NCBI GenBank assembly: GCA_047495785.1
Contig: JBLDXI010000011.1
Span: 1,798,001 to 1,862,000 of the forward strand
Direction: 5' to 3'
From: Lepidodermella squamata
Taxonomy: Eukaryota; Animalia; Gastrotricha
Length of the DNA stretch: 64,000 nucleotides
A program made the translations under genes and the position numbers. Shown here piece by piece: positions 33,728-47,779 of the stretch (positions within the stretch are counted from its first letter, which is position 1; each line of letters starts with the position of its first letter). The notes below the pieces were generated by a model. It made no database searches. It had not been told where the DNA came from and worked only from the letters and a program-made list of their open reading frames with translations.

Positions 33728-36420
33728 CATTAATCGAAGCACGGCTAAAGTTCCGATCTAACTGCGAGCGCTGAAACTGATCAGGTTCCAATTAATTTAA
33801 CATTTTGTAATAATTTTTAAATCTCCGATAACCGAAGTAAGGGTGGAGCTTCATTTATTTAAATACTGAATATATTTTCAAAATTAAATATCAATGGTTT
33901 ATGCCTATCAGTGCGATTTTCGAACAAAGTTTTGAATTCACTTTTCTTGGAATCAGCTTATAATAAACAATTAACTCGAGCAGTGCCTTTGGGTGTATCA
34001 TAGGAGAACAATTTCTCAGGAGCCATTTGAACACACAATTGGCGAGTTCATTCGCGTGCAACGACGGCATACGAAATGTATTTATTATACCTTATCACTG
34101 TAAGAAAAGTTTCAAGCTTATTCGCCACATGAAAACTTTTCCTGTAGCTCTTTCAACTTATAACCACCGATTTCCTTCGCACGCAATGACGGCAGTGTTA
34201 TTGGCTACAGGCTGCAGGTAGCAAAGTGCAAAGTGGTTGTATAGGTACTACACGTTAAAGTATTGTCGGCAAATATTGTATTCACCCTATGATTTGGGTT
34301 CATCCTGCAGAATTTCAAAGAGTTTTGCAGAGATCTAACAGGTGTTGATTTGCACAAGCCATTTCTCTCCACAATTATTGGCAGTAAAAAAAGCCTACTG
34401 GCACCCAGCAAAATACCGTTTTCTTTATTAAATTTTCTCCATTACATCAAATTCTCGACGAACTGTGCCGACATTGCAGCAGCTCATGGTGGAAACAAGC
34501 CGCTTCAACACAGCTGATGAACGGCTTGAAAGAGCACTTGCAGTACACAGTACACCATTCGGCAGCCTGAAGCCTGATGATTCGCCAAGCGGATGACCCC
34601 CGACCAGCACAACTAGCCTAGCTCCTCGCAATGTCGCAATGATGCCCCTCAAGGCCGCAAAACATAGAATCACATAATTCTTCAATATACTCGATAACCC
34701 TGAGTGCCACGTCTTCTGTGTCTTTCCTTGTTAAGCCTTTGGGACCTGAGAGCCTCAGAACTGGCGGCCTAAGCCTTCCGGAGGAACGAGTCGCCTGTAT
34801 TCAGACCCTGTAATTTCTCGTTCCAAAAGCCTGAGCCTGACGCCTGGCACCGCGGATACTTGAGACCTGAGCCCTGATCCTGTAGCCTTATGCTGGTGAG
34901 GTGTGAATCGATAGCGTACCCCGTTATCATACGATCGAATATCCCTGCTTTCGATCTATACAGTAAATACATCTTGAGCCATAACCCTTAGCCCTTTCAT
35001 GGCGGAATTATTTATATCTGCGGTAGAAAAAATATTTGACAGCAGTTTTGGGAGTTTTCGAAGGTTGATTACGATTTTGAAATCCGTTTGTCTTTATCTA
35101 TCACTGTTAGGGCTGTACAAAAAGTGGCCGAAATCGTCCTATCCGCCCAGCTGATTTCAGGCGATTTTTCGAGCACCCTAACTTCTGTGTCAGGTGTGTT
35201 CAGTTTCGGAATTTTAAATTCTAAATTAATCCCATGAATGTCCCTAAGATTCTCCCTCACTTATATCACCGAAAACATTCAGATTAAAAAGATTCAGAGG
35301 CTCAGCATTCAGATCTGAATTCAGCTTTTCCAGTTTTAGCTCGCGACAGTTTTTGCAGCACAAAAATCACGCACTCCGCCTCTTGAGCGGATAGGACGAA
35401 TTCGGCCGGTTTGATTTAATCTCAATAGCGTCGTCATTTTTAATTGCCAACTCGAAACAATTTACATTGTAGCCAATGAGACTATGACGGACACGGTGGT
35501 ATTTTTTGTTGGATCAAAAAATGATCAGGAACTTATGAAATCTCAAGTTAAAAAAAAAATCGAAATTTCAATCTCAGGTTGACTATTTTCAAATTGCTGG
35601 TATGCCTTGACCATGCAAGATAACGGTGCCCTGGTCTCAAAACCTTGTAGCCAACATCGAAGAGCAAAGGCCCTCAAAAGGGCGATCAAGAATTCATCAA
35701 ATCAAGTCGAAATTCCGAAATCGTCCTTCCCGCCGTGAAAGGGTTAGTCCTGAAATTAACTTTTCTCCTTGTTTGTCAATTCCGCAATTCCGCGAAGGCC
35801 GACCAACAATGCTCCAAAGGTAACTATTGTGCTGATGATGCCCTAAATTCGGCAGACGGTTAGCCATTTCTCGACTGTCCAGAAGGCTCCAATTGCAACT
35901 GAATGCTTACTGCCCAGTGATTCGGGCACCGGCGACTAATCTTTCATGTAAAGTGTGATGTTCGGGGTTTATAACCCGGAAGTTTGGCACCTTTCAGCTA
36001 TTTCCACGCTGCCTGTCTTCAGACGGTTTCATCAGGTGTATATGGTCAGCTCAAATGATACTCACATAATATTCGTGATACTCACATTGTACTTACATGA
36101 ATGAAAATAAAATTGGTGTTGACGTAAAGTAATGTTCATTACACACAACAGCCAGTTGTAGTAGTTTTACTCGCACCTTATAAGAGTAATTCATGAGAGT
36201 AGAATTTATGTAGTAGCTGTTATGAGGCAATGACTTATGTGCTTGTACTTGCATGAGTAAAAATGTCATATCTGAACGAAGCCAGCCGAGATTTCTGAAT
36301 CGTAGCGAGTCGAAGACGAGTTTTAATATGAGTAATTCAAGTACAGCTAGTTCAGATTTAAACGATTTACGAATTTCAATGTTATATCAATTCATTTCAA
36401 TTCATTATTTCAATGTTATA

Positions 36421-37307
36421 CTTGAAAAAGTAAGCACGTTCAAGTATCTAGGTAGCATTATAACTGATGATGGAAAAATCGGCGAGGAACTTAAAGCGCG
36501 CATTGCGAAAGCAGGTAGTTGCTTTGGCGCGATAAGTAAATTTATGTGCAACCGAAAACATGTCTCTTTGGCGGTAAAATTAAAAATATTAAAATGCGTT
36601 ATTATTCCAGCTATGATGTATGCCTGCGAGTCATGGAATATTACGGAAGACGACGAAAGTACGCTAAATACCCAAGAATATAAGTGGCTGCGATGCATTT
36701 TAGGAATTACAGTAATGGACTATATTCCCAACATAGATATCAGACTATCAATGTGTGGCGGAATAATTGAAGTCGGTAGATTAATTGAAAAACAACGACT
36801 TAATTACCTAGGTCATATAATAAGGATGGAGACCTATGTCGACGACAAAGGTGAGCCGATACCACCGGGGCCAGTCTACGACCTTTATAGGTGGGTTGCG
36901 CCTAAGGAAAGGAAGAGACCGGTGGGGAAACCTCGAACTAGATGGCTAGATACGGTTGAAAGAAGTTTAAGTAAAGTAGGACTTACAACAGAAAATATAA
37001 TAAGAAAAAAACCGACGGGTCCCGTGGCAGACCTCGTAAAGATGGTAGTAATGTAACCGAAATTTCCGAAAAAACTGTTGACTGGACATTTACCGAAACA
37101 ACGGCATTAGATCGAGTTGAATGCGAAAAATAGTTGAGTCTCTGGAAGATTTTGAATTTTATAACAAAAGTAAGATTTTCTCGGCTGTGGGGGAGGGTGA
37201 CTAAAATTTTTCCTTTTGGTTTGCCTTGCCTTCGCCTTCCTCAAAGCCCGAAAGGGTACAGACGTCTAGTCGCGGGGAAGAGAAACAAATAAATCATTTT
37301 CAATCAT
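36421..37307 (+). mobile_element. 5'-truncated RTE-clade-like non-LTR retrotransposon
   Basis: EKVSTFKYLGSII..ARIAKA..MYACESW..RLNYLGHIIR..RPVGKPRTRWLD (stop at 37056). Flanked by the direct repeat TTTCAATGTTATA (36408-36420, 37308-37320). Confidence 0.85.
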
Positions 37308-37499
37308 TTTCAATGTTATATCGTAGAATATACAATTGTCCTCAAAGATATAGGTAGACCGAGTAGCTTGGCCAATTAGATATTTTACGATGAAAAATTC
37401 GTAAATATAGAATTGTCGTCAAAAATATAGGTCGAGTCGCTATGACAATTCGATATTTTACGGTATAACATTCGTAAATCGTTCATATCTGAACTCGCC

Positions 37500-38720
37500 G
37501 CACTCGATTTACTCATCGCAACTCGCCTCCGGCTCGTTCCGACTCGTAAATCTCGGGCGGCTCCGTACAGATATAAACGTTTTACTCATGTCATACCATA
37601 CAAATATAGCCTTCGTCAACGAAAGCAAATGATCGGCATCCGAATGGCCGTAACTTTGAGACGTCTCCTGTTTATATCCAAACATAAGTTCGCACGGAGT
37701 TTTACCGCCATTGAAATTAATACGGCGCGAACGAGACTGCGCCAACATTTTTGTTTCCCTACTTTGTTTGGCAATGTGACGGCGGGCGATTAGGACAGTG
37801 ATGACGTAGTCGAAGCAGTAAGCCCACATTCGCTTGAAAAGGCCAGTTTCGTTCAAGATCGTCCTACGATATTCCGCATTTGACGTTCGATAGTGTTCTT
37901 CTGCTGGGAATTCCCTCAGTTGTAATTTGCAGAAATCACCCCAATCCGCCGATTTGAAATCAAGTCCATCATCTGACTTCAAATAGACAATGTTAGTGTT
38001 TACAAGTGTTGTCATATGTGAGTGGTAAACTTTAAACGCATCGATCGCGTCAGATTTCTTGGCTAGGAATTGATTCGAGGTATAACGGCTGAAATCATCC
38101 ATGACAACTCGTTCCAGATGTCGCTTTCACCGAATTTGAACTGGAAAATTAAGTTCTCATGATTCTTTTCCTGCAAAATCCAAACTGAATTTTGAGGGTC
38201 CACCTTAAAGCATTCATCTTGTCCGTTCATCCAACGTGACGAAGTTTCTGTTCATTACAATGAGCCAGACGTCGATGCCACAGAGAAATTGGCTCGCCAC
38301 GTTCTTAGGCCTTTTCAATTCGGCTTCAAGGAAGAACAACTCCTCCCCGATCAGTTTCTCGTTTCGTTTGTCGTACATTTCACAGTGATCCTCGTCGTAG
38401 ATTAATCGACATTTCTGGCTCGTGATGGCCGCCCCTACTGCTGCATTTTAAGTCGGGTACGAACACTACCTTCTCTAGCATGGCATTTTTTGCTCGCATT
38501 GCTAGTTTGACTGTGCCAATGCCTCGGCATTCCATCTCCTTTCCATTGGCTGCTCGAACCGATTCTCTGCCCTACTCTGCCCTACATCCACCGTGAGAAC
38601 CGAGTTCGCGTGTCAACGTAAGCGAGTTTGTGTACCAAGCGTCGAGTCTAATGAGGTTCGGTTCGTCTTGCCGCTTCGCAAGGAACTTGAAGAGGGTCCG
38701 CCAATGGCCCAAACTCCCCT
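37500..38720 (-). pseudogene. Degenerate Ty1/copia pol relic (protease/integrase)
   Basis: VRAANGKEMECRGIGTVKL (~38500-38560), LWHRRLAH (~38260-38285), MDDFSRYT..KKSDA..LKSDDG. Frameshifted; no LTR pair seen. Confidence 0.75.
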
Positions 38721-38829
38721 CTCACCTTGCTCGCCTTTGATCATCAGACCTCCTCGTGGACCTCAACCCGGCTTCAGCTAAACCCTAATTCCAATTTTTA
38801 CTTTCCTTTATATTTTTCAACCTATTAGT

Positions 38830-39664
38830 CTTGTGATTTCATGCAGTTTTAGTGTTTCTCTTCGTGACTCTCCTCAACTTGCGGACTACCCGCCACTTGA
38901 AAACACCCCTACACTCACTTCTTTGCATGGCTCCATCTCACACACGAGCTTTTCTTTAGTCATGTGATGTGGACGGACGCAGGCCTACCCCGATTTTTTA
39001 CGTGAAAACATCGCGAAAAAGATAATGAGCCAATTTCTTTCACTGCTCCCGTGCAGGCAAAAATGAAAAAATACTTTTATGTTTTATGTTTATGCCGGCG
39101 TGCAAACGATTCTTACGATCTATAGCTGGTAATGCATTTCCAAGTCGCATTTAGCCTCCATATCAGTAACGGCATCAACGGCAGAATCTTCTCCAGCAGA
39201 GTCATTAATGATCGTCACGAAGATGACAGCCAACCTGGTGGCTGCTCATGCCGTGATACTCGCATCTGGAAAAAGCTACTTCGAGCACTGCTGCCACAGA
39301 CATTTCACGCGTGTAACCGACAGCTAACCTGAGTGAAAAAAATGAACAAATTACCGGTTGTACGTTTGCGCCGGTGTGCAAACGATTCGTACGATCTAGC
39401 TTGTTATAGCTGGTTTAATTTCCAACGCGCATTTGCTATCCATATCAGTAACGGCATCAGCAGCAGAATACTCTCCAGCTGTCGTTAATGATCGTCACGA
39501 AGATGATCGTCATGACGTTTCGACTGAATTCGCACCTGGAAGGTAAACAAAATTCCTTTTAGTGTCCTCCCAAGAAAAAAATCAGGCTATATAAGAGGCT
39601 AACGGCGAAGAAACTTTCATTTTCATTGTTCGAATCTTCAACTACTTGTCATTCTTGCTTTCAA
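38830..39664. repeat. Upstream block duplicated between members 6 and 7 (copy ~44000-44756), with an internal ~280-bp tandem repeat
   Basis: High similarity by eye. The sub-repeat beginning GTGCAAACGATTC occurs twice in each copy and once upstream of member 5 (~32535). Confidence 0.85.
39588..39594 (+). promoter_or_regulatory. Putative TATA box of member 6 (equivalent at 44680-44686 for member 7)
   Basis: TATATAA 70 bp upstream of the ATG in both genes. Confidence 0.6.
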
Positions 39665-40597
39665 ATGAAAGTTGAAATTTCAGTATTTCTCGCCGCGGTC
39701 TTCGCCGCTGCTACTGCCTGCCCAGCTACATCTAACACAACCCCATGCCCGGCTAGGACTGCCGCAGTTGAAACAGTATCCACTTGCCCCAACGGCCAAG
39801 GCTGCCTAACGCCATCGAACCCGTGCCCGACTGGCCAAAGCTGCTTAAACTCATTCAATCCATGCTCAGACGGCAAAACCTGCTTGGATCCATTAGCAAA
39901 ACCGCCGACATGTCCCACCTTGGTAAACTTCGATTTTCCCACTTGATCAAAAGTCGAACCGTGTTTTAGCCTCAGGATGTCTTTACGCTATGCGAAATGA
40001 CCGCAACCCAGGGCGATGCTACAACCGTTCAGCAAAAGAACTTGAAATTCTGCACAGCCAACGCAGGATCATGCACATCCGTGTTGATAACCGGCACAAC
40101 TGTATAACTAGCCCGTATCTAATGAAAGTTTGACAACTTTGACTGTGATTTGCAACAGATTGCTACAGGCGTTGCCACGACGACTTTCTCATCATTCAGC
40201 GACTGCTGTGCAGCTGCGGCGATCGGCAAAACGCTTAAATATGAATATATCCCAGTCGCTTCCGCCGCGCCAGTATCGACATGCATTGGCGCTGCGAAAG
40301 ATGCTGCCTACCCAATGACAGCCGCCGCCCCAGCTGGAAATCGGTACTGTGTTCGATTCCCGCATACAGCCTTTCTGTCAAACTATATTTTAATGTCAAC
40401 TACAGTAAGAATATTTTTGATGACTTTCGATTAAAGTTGATATACACGTCAACGATTTTCAGCCCACCAGGCCCCCGTCCACCTATGAATTCACGTCATT
40501 TGCGCAATGCTGCGTGGCTGTCGGTGCAAATACCAATATTGTTTACGAAACTCAACCCTTTTACGGCATCATGATCGAGGATTGCTATGGTTATTAA
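39665..40597 (+). CDS. Secreted Cys-rich family member 6 (~256 aa, intact)
   Basis: Exons 39665-39922, 39970-40101, 40159-40404, 40463-40597; phase 0. Confidence 0.9.
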
Positions 40598-42599
40598 CAT
40601 AAACGGAAGGCTCTAGTATGACTAATTTGAATTTCGAGCGTGATTTTGCGTTAAATATTTTGTAATTATTGTTAAATTCCCGATGAGCCAAGTACAATAT
40701 ATTTACTTAATGAAAAATAATTAAAAATAAAACAGTTCATATCTGCACGTAACATATGACTATCAGCAACATTGTGAAGCAAACTTTTGGATAAACATTA
40801 TTCAGAATCAGGCTCTGTGCATTTGCTGAAACTATCTGGAACCGCTTGAAACCGCTGAAACTCGCTGGAACCGTTTGAAACCGCTGAAACCGAATGGAAC
40901 CGCACAGAGTTCACTTGCACGCAACTACGTCAAACGGCAGAGTTAGCTGTTAGCTACCAGGTAGCAACGTCCGGAAGGCCCGAAATAAGCCACTTTTCTG
41001 GCACCTAACAAATCTCAGATCATCATTCTTCATGTGTTTCTAGGGCTCATTTGCTTGTGGCTAATTAAACGACGTCATGATTGTCAAAGCAAGCTCGACG
41101 GTGGACGATAACATAGAACGATACAGCGAATCTATGATCCTGGGGGTCGAAAACAAAGTACTTCGTATGTTTCAGTGAAGTTTTTCCAAGCTTTAACAAC
41201 TTGGGAACTCAAAATCATCAGTTTTAGCCAAGAAAAAAAGTGTACAGTAGAAAACCGATACAGTGGATATCGGTATCAACTGTATCGATTTTGTATTTAC
41301 ACTCGAACAACCGATTGTGGCCGTGTTGCCGAAAGGCCGACCTTTGAGCCTCCTCCTATTTGTTCTTCAATATATTGTCCTGCGAAGTCATACAGACGAC
41401 GGTAATCGTACGGTAAGGTCTCCAAAGGAACCTATGCTGATGATGCCCTGAATTCGGCTTACGGGTTGTAACTTCCCGATTATACCAGACAACGACGGGC
41501 CTATACTGCCCAGTGGTGCGGACGCTGGCGATTAGTCTTCCTTGTACAGCTTGTTCGGTCTTTGTAACGCGAAAGCTTGGCACACTTCGACTGTTTATTC
41601 CGCGCTGCCTGTCTTCGGGCGGTGTCATGGCAACTTATAAGCATGTGCTCGTGATACTCACCTGTATTACATGAATGAAAATGAAATTAGTGTTAACGTA
41701 GAGTTATATTCATTACACAGCAGTCAGTTGTAGTAGTTTTACTCGCACCTTATGGAATAGCTTTACGTAGTAGCTGTTATGATATGACTTCTTTAAACTT
41801 TAAGCTATAACATGAGTAAAAAGGTCATATTCTGAACGAGATTTACGAATTTACGAGGTAAATCGAGTTGATCGAGCCATTAAACTGAAAAAACCAAATA
41901 TAGCACTCGCTCGAAAACGATGGTGTTGGTTGATATGCTCATGCGATATTCGTAAGACAATTTAAGAGTATTTCATTCATGATTTTTGTGACAAGTGCAG
42001 CATTGTAACATGCATTGTCAATTTTTCGACCCTTAACCTATCCTTACTAAGAATTAGTGTTCTCATCTGAGCCACTTTTCTCATATTATTTACGAACCCC
42101 CTAATTCTTAGAGACTTCAGAGCTAAATACTGTCTTTCCGACTAAACGGTAACCAAATTACCGCGTGACTGTCGTTTTTTGGCAGGGGCGGCTTTTCTGG
42201 ATTATCGATTCAAAGCGATCACTTCTAACCTCTAAGAAAAAGGTCTTTGTGGAGGGCAGAGAGCTGTGCCGATTTCCCCTTGGGACTTTAGGACTCGATT
42301 TGTCGCGACCCAGGAAAACTAGCTCTTCAAAGCTGCTAATCGGGGGTTTAGGTGGAGTAGTATATATTAAACTTAGATCATATCATCATTTTTTAATCCT
42401 ATCATCGATATTCTGTTCCTTCTGTTCTGTTACTTTCTCTGCTCTTTCCTTTGTTGAGTTTAGTGAATGAATTTGAAGATTTATCGTAAATAATACGGCG
42501 TTTGGAAGAATACTGGATATTATGCGCAAGATTCTAGGCAGGACAAATGCCGGATCAGTCCTGGAAAATTATGTACAGGACCAGTTCTGGATGGTAGCA

Positions 42600-43700
42600 G
42601 GTCAGTACTCGTATCCTATGCAAAAGCTGGATTAGTGCTGGGTAATTATGTTGGAGGCGTGCTGGAATACAGGAATATAGGAATTTTTCGTTTTGATCGG
42701 ATAAAGGAAGCTGATGATCTATTCGGCGAACGTGGTGGCGCTGCTATGTTTGTTCGGAAGAGGACTCTCGTGATCTCCGAGCGGCGGCTGGCCGCAAGCT
42801 GAGTGATCGGCCCGCTTAGATCCTTGGATCTTAGATCTCAGATTTCTCGAAGCTGAGTTTGTTGCGGCCTCCCGTCAAGTCTCATGTGTGGGAATACAAC
42901 CGCGTGATTTGTTGCATTTCGTGACCCGTCTTGGTTTGGCGGTCCTTCCCTCGTCGCGGCACGGCACCCTGTCTAATCGATCTCTGGTTTGTTAACGTGA
43001 AGCTTTTTCGTCTTCTCGATCGCAGCGTCTCTGTTTGCGACCACCTTAGCAGCGATCATTCTGTTTATTTTCGTCTTCCTTCCAGCTCTGGTCCGCCTGA
43101 TTTTTAAGAGTTACGAGCTCGCGGAACCTGCCCCACGTTACGGATCTGTTTGACAGCTATTGTACCCTGCTCCGCTTGCTGTCCGAAATCGCGTTGCCAA
43201 ATGGCAATTGCCGAGTCTCGCTGCCGACCGGATCAAGGCTTTAGACGTCGAGTTGCGCACTGCGAAACTGCGTCGTAGTGTTTCCAACCTGTGCTACGTT
43301 GAAGCTCTCGTTTGATAAGTTTGCCCTAATCCTGTAAGCCGCCTGGCCAACATTACGTTTGCCGATGAGTGTCTTGCCGCTCCGTCTACTGCCCTTGCTG
43401 ATCCTCTGCGTCAAACCGATATCAGCTGTGGCAACGACAAGAGGACGATGTCGCTCTGCGCTGTCGGAAGTTGAGCCTATCCCGATGGCCGGCAAGTCGC
43501 AAGACAATTTTTCGTCATAGCTTAATATTGTCTCCCTGCTTCCTCTTGGAGTCAATCATGGCTCGGTGGATGACCCAGTTTCTCGAAAGTCAACACTTTC
43601 TTCACGAGGATCAGTTTACCTTCCGTCCGCACCGCCCCGCGCCTGATGTCCCCATTCGCACTTCCGTATTGGGTGTGTAAACAGCGCCAAAAGTTCAATG
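42600..43700 (+). pseudogene. Degenerate LINE ORF2 relic (APE endonuclease and start of RT)
   Basis: FRFDR..GERGGAAMFVR (APE RxDR..GGGV motif, ~42685-42760) and FLESQHFLHEDQFTFRP (QFGFR-like, ~43580-43630). Heavily decayed. Confidence 0.55.
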
Positions 43701-44756
43701 CTAGCGAGAGCGAAGTTAGCCTCGAAAGAGCAGCGAAAGCGGAAGCTCTCAGTTCTCCTAAACGACTGCTTTCGACGATGTTGGGGATTTGATTTATCCG
43801 ATTTTTCTTTCACGATTTTTGAACTTTTTTGCTGTTATTTGTTTTTTGGGCATTGATTCGAAAGAATAAAGATTTGATAGACGCAAAACAACTGTTTTCA
43901 CCTTTGCTTCCGTGTTACAGGCTGCCTTGTTTATTCTTCCTGGGATGCCCATCCCGTGTCTTGGCGTTACCTTAGCCTTGTGGTTTTATGTTTCTCAGCA
44001 GTGTTAGTGTTTCTCTTCGTGTCTCTCCTGAACTTGCGGACTACCCGCCACTTGAAAACACCCCTACACTCACTTCTTTGCATGGCTCCATCTCACACAT
44101 GAGCTATTCTTTAGTCATGTGATGTGGACGGACGGAGGCATCCAACAATTTTTTGCGTGAAAACAGCCCAGGAAACCAAAAATGAATGAAAAAATGTTTA
44201 TGTTCATGCTGGCGTGCAAACGATTCTTACGATCTATAGCTGGTAATGCATTTCCAAGTCGCATTTAGCCTCCATATCAGCAACGGCAGAATATTCTCGA
44301 GCAGAGTCATTAATGATCGTCACGAAGATGACAGGCAAGCTGGTGGCTGCTCATGCCGTGATACTCGCATCTGGAAAAAGCTACTTCGAGCACTGCTGCC
44401 ACAGACATTTCATGCGTGACATGAGTGAAAAAAATGAACAAATTACCGGTTGTACGTTTGCGCCTGCGTGCAAACGATTCCTACGATCTAGCTTGTTACA
44501 GCTGGTTTAATTTCCAACGCGCATTTGCTATCCATATCAGTAACGGCATCAGCAGCAGAATATTCTCCAGCTGTCGTTAATGATCGTCACGGAGACGATC
44601 GTCACGAGGTTTCGACTGAATTCGCACCTGGAACGTAAACAAAATTCTTTTCAGTGAGCACATAAGAAAAAAATCAGGCTATATAAGAGGCTAACGGCGA
44701 AGAAAGTTTCATTTTCATTATTCGAATCTTCAACTATTTGTCATTCTTGCTTTTAA

Positions 44757-45687
44757 ATGAAAGTCGAAATTTCAGTAATTCTCGCCTCGGTGTTCGCCGT
44801 TGTCACTGCCTGCCCAGCTACATCGAACTCAACCCCATGCCCGGCCAGGGCTGCCACTGTTGAAACAGTTGCCACTTGCCCCAACGGTCAAAGCTGCCTA
44901 ACGATATCGAATCCGTGCCCGACCAGCCAAAGCTGCTTAAGCTCATCGAATCCATGCTCAGATGGCAAAACCTGCTCGTCACCACCGCCGCCATGTCCCA
45001 CCTTGGTAAATTCCGATTTTCTCATCTGATCATGAATGACGATGTTTTAGACCCCGCCTGTATTCACGCTTTGCGAAATCACCGAAACCATGGGCGAGCC
45101 ATCAACGATCCAGAAAAAGAAATTGAAATTCTGTACAGCCAATGCAGGATCATGCACATCCGTGTTGAAAACCGGCACAACTGTAAGAAGCTATAGCCGC
45201 AGCCCGTAACTAATGAAAGTTTTACGACTATGATTGTAACAGGTTGCTACAGGCGTTGCTACGACAACCTTTCCGTCATTCAGTGACTGCTGTGCAGCTG
45301 CGGCGGTCGGTAAAACGCTTAAATACGAAGACGTTCCAGTCGCTTCCGCCGCGCCAGTATCGACATGCATTGGCGCTTATAAAGATGCCGCTTACCCTAT
45401 GACAGGCATCAATACCCCATCATCAAATAAGTGCTGTGTTCGATTCCCCCATACAGCCATTCAATTCGCCGATTTCCAAATGTTTTCTTCAGTAAAAATA
45501 TTTTTGATGAAATTTGATATATATATATATATATGTCACCGATTTTCAGCCCACCAGGCCCCCTGGCACCTATGAATTCACGTCATATGCGCAATGCTGC
45601 TTAGGTGTAGCCGCAAATCCCACGTTTCAATTCGATTTTGCAACCGTTTACGGCGTCTCGTTCGATGTTTGCATCGGTCATTCTTAA
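44757..45687 (+). CDS. Secreted Cys-rich family member 7 (~255 aa, intact)
   Basis: Exons 44757-45005, 45051-45182, 45243-45491, 45550-45687; phase 0. Confidence 0.9.
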
Positions 45688-46594
45688 ACGGAATGCCTCA
45701 TATACGGCTAAAGTCGAAGCTGATAACAGAGAGTGCTGATTCCGATCCTGTCGATTTAACAAGTTTTCAATAATTGTAACATTTCAATTTATCCGGCTTG
45801 TTCCGCACATTCTGCACAATTTGATTCTTACTATGCAAAATAGTTATAATAAGATTTTTTATAATAAAAAGTATATATTTTTTCGGATTTTTCGGAACTG
45901 AAACCGGCATCTATTCAGTTCCACGTCCAGCAATCCTATTCCGCGGGGTGTTCAACAAAGAATGTGATTTAAATCCTATTTCAAAATATCAAGGATTCAA
46001 TGATTCATGTTATTAAAGTCATAAATTTTAACAAAGTTAATACATAGCTTTTCATTGGCAGCGCGTAAAGCCAAGGTGGAAAACTCAAAAAACCAGCGGG
46101 GTGGTTACCAAATTTGGGCCCGAAAATACCCCGTGGCTCGGGATCTTGAACTTACCTGAGAGTAAAGTTATGTTTTTCGGACTTGAAACTAGACGTGCTG
46201 CTAGACTTCAGCAAGCACACCTTCAAACAGGTATCGACTCTGAAGTATTTCGTGGTAATAATTTCGGATGGTCATAATCGGAAAACGACTTATCAAATGT
46301 TTCCGGGCTACCTATGTGTCTCCGGGTAGTGCCATGGCAGCTTACATCAGGTATACATATAATCAGCTTATAAGCCTGTGTTCGTGATAGTCACTTTGTA
46401 TTGACATGAAAGAAAATGGCAAAAGTAGTGTTCACGTTAGGTTATGTTATGTTGAGATATTCATTACTCAGCTATCAGTTGTGCTAGTTATGCTCGCATT
46501 TGGCTGTTATGAGATGACTTACTTACATAGCTGCAAAACCTATAACTCGGGAAATACTTTCACGATTCTGAAATCTGTTCTGCTGCCTAGTTTG

Positions 46595-47779
46595 ATGAAT
46601 ACCTTGGAATCTCTCCTGATTTACTTTATTTGCTCATCGTCACTATATCTTGGACTAACTGATGCGTGCGCTTCGACCGCTTCAGATACCAATGGAGGCC
46701 CGAAATTTGTCCCGTTCACAAATCCGCCTGTGACACCAGCGTGTCAATGCGTGCCAACGGCAAATATTTGTGACGTTTCGACAAAAAGCTGTGTGCCAAG
46801 TAGCAATCCATGCCCGACAAGTCAGACTTTTGCCAACGCGAGGTTGATATTTAATATTAATATTTAAATTCTCGAAATTTGCGGCGTGATTCAACGAAAA
46901 TAGATTCTCGTTAGGTTTCTTCGATTTCGAGAGGGATGTGTGATTTGAAGCAATTTTCAGTTTTGGATTGGTTTCGAGCTAGGCCAGACCAAACTATAAA
47001 AAACTATCTCACTGTTTTGTCAATTTTGAGAGGTTTTGATTGCGTTCAAGTGCAAAATCTTCAACATTTTCAACATTCGCGTGTTAGTCGAAATCACTCA
47101 TAATTATTTTAATTTCGTTATCATTTATTTTCCTCATATTCTCTCCCAGGCTGCTTATCAATTGTGATCCTTTCAAACCAATGGGATTGGCACTGGCTTA
47201 GCTCAATATGTCAAGTTCTGCCACAACGTCGCCGGAGCATCGTGTACCGCTTATCTAACAGCAACACCTCCTGAAGTGGTAATTGTTTCATTAGCTCACC
47301 CACACACGATGTAGTCTATATCGACCTAGCCTTCTGTCGACGCGACCAACAGCTTCAGCACATTTGCTCAATGCTGCGCAGCCACACACCCTACGGTTGC
47401 CAACATCAAGTACGAAGTCCTCCCGCAGCCGAGCGGTGCGCCCGGCATATTGACCTGCATCGGAGCTAATGACGCGGCCCCCTACAAGATGACAGGCGCT
47501 ACTGCAACTGCACAGTCTGGCTCTTGCGTTCGTTTCCCACATACAGCTCTAGCTGCTGGCGACGTCGTCCTAAGTGGCGGAGTGGTTAGCATGCGATTAA
47601 TTTCTAATGAATTTTGCGATAATTTACTCTTTTTACAGATTACCTCCCCAACGGGTCAATATAACCACGCTACATTCTCGGCTTGCTGTTACTATCTCGC
47701 CAGCGCCCCAGGCCCAAAAGTAGCCCCCACCACAGCAATGATTTATGGTCTGGCGATTGAAACGTGCACCCAGTCGTAA
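46595..47779 (+). pseudogene. Secreted Cys-rich family member 8 (probable pseudogene)
   Basis: Extra TT near 46829 frameshifts the end of exon 1 (ACTTTTGCCAA vs ACTTGCCAA in paralogues). The conserved exon-2 Cys codon is TGA at ~47165. Exons 3-4 remain recognisable; stop at 47779. Confidence 0.8.

Noticed and set aside
35832-35860. Hammerhead ribozyme core (CTGATGA + TGCC/GGCA stem; related copy near 41438)
   Set aside because: The stem is followed by GAC rather than GAAA and the second copy breaks the stem. An Infernal search would be needed.
40820-40885. GAAACCGCT-type 9-10-bp tandem repeat
   Set aside because: Short, degenerate minisatellite with no associated termini or evident function.
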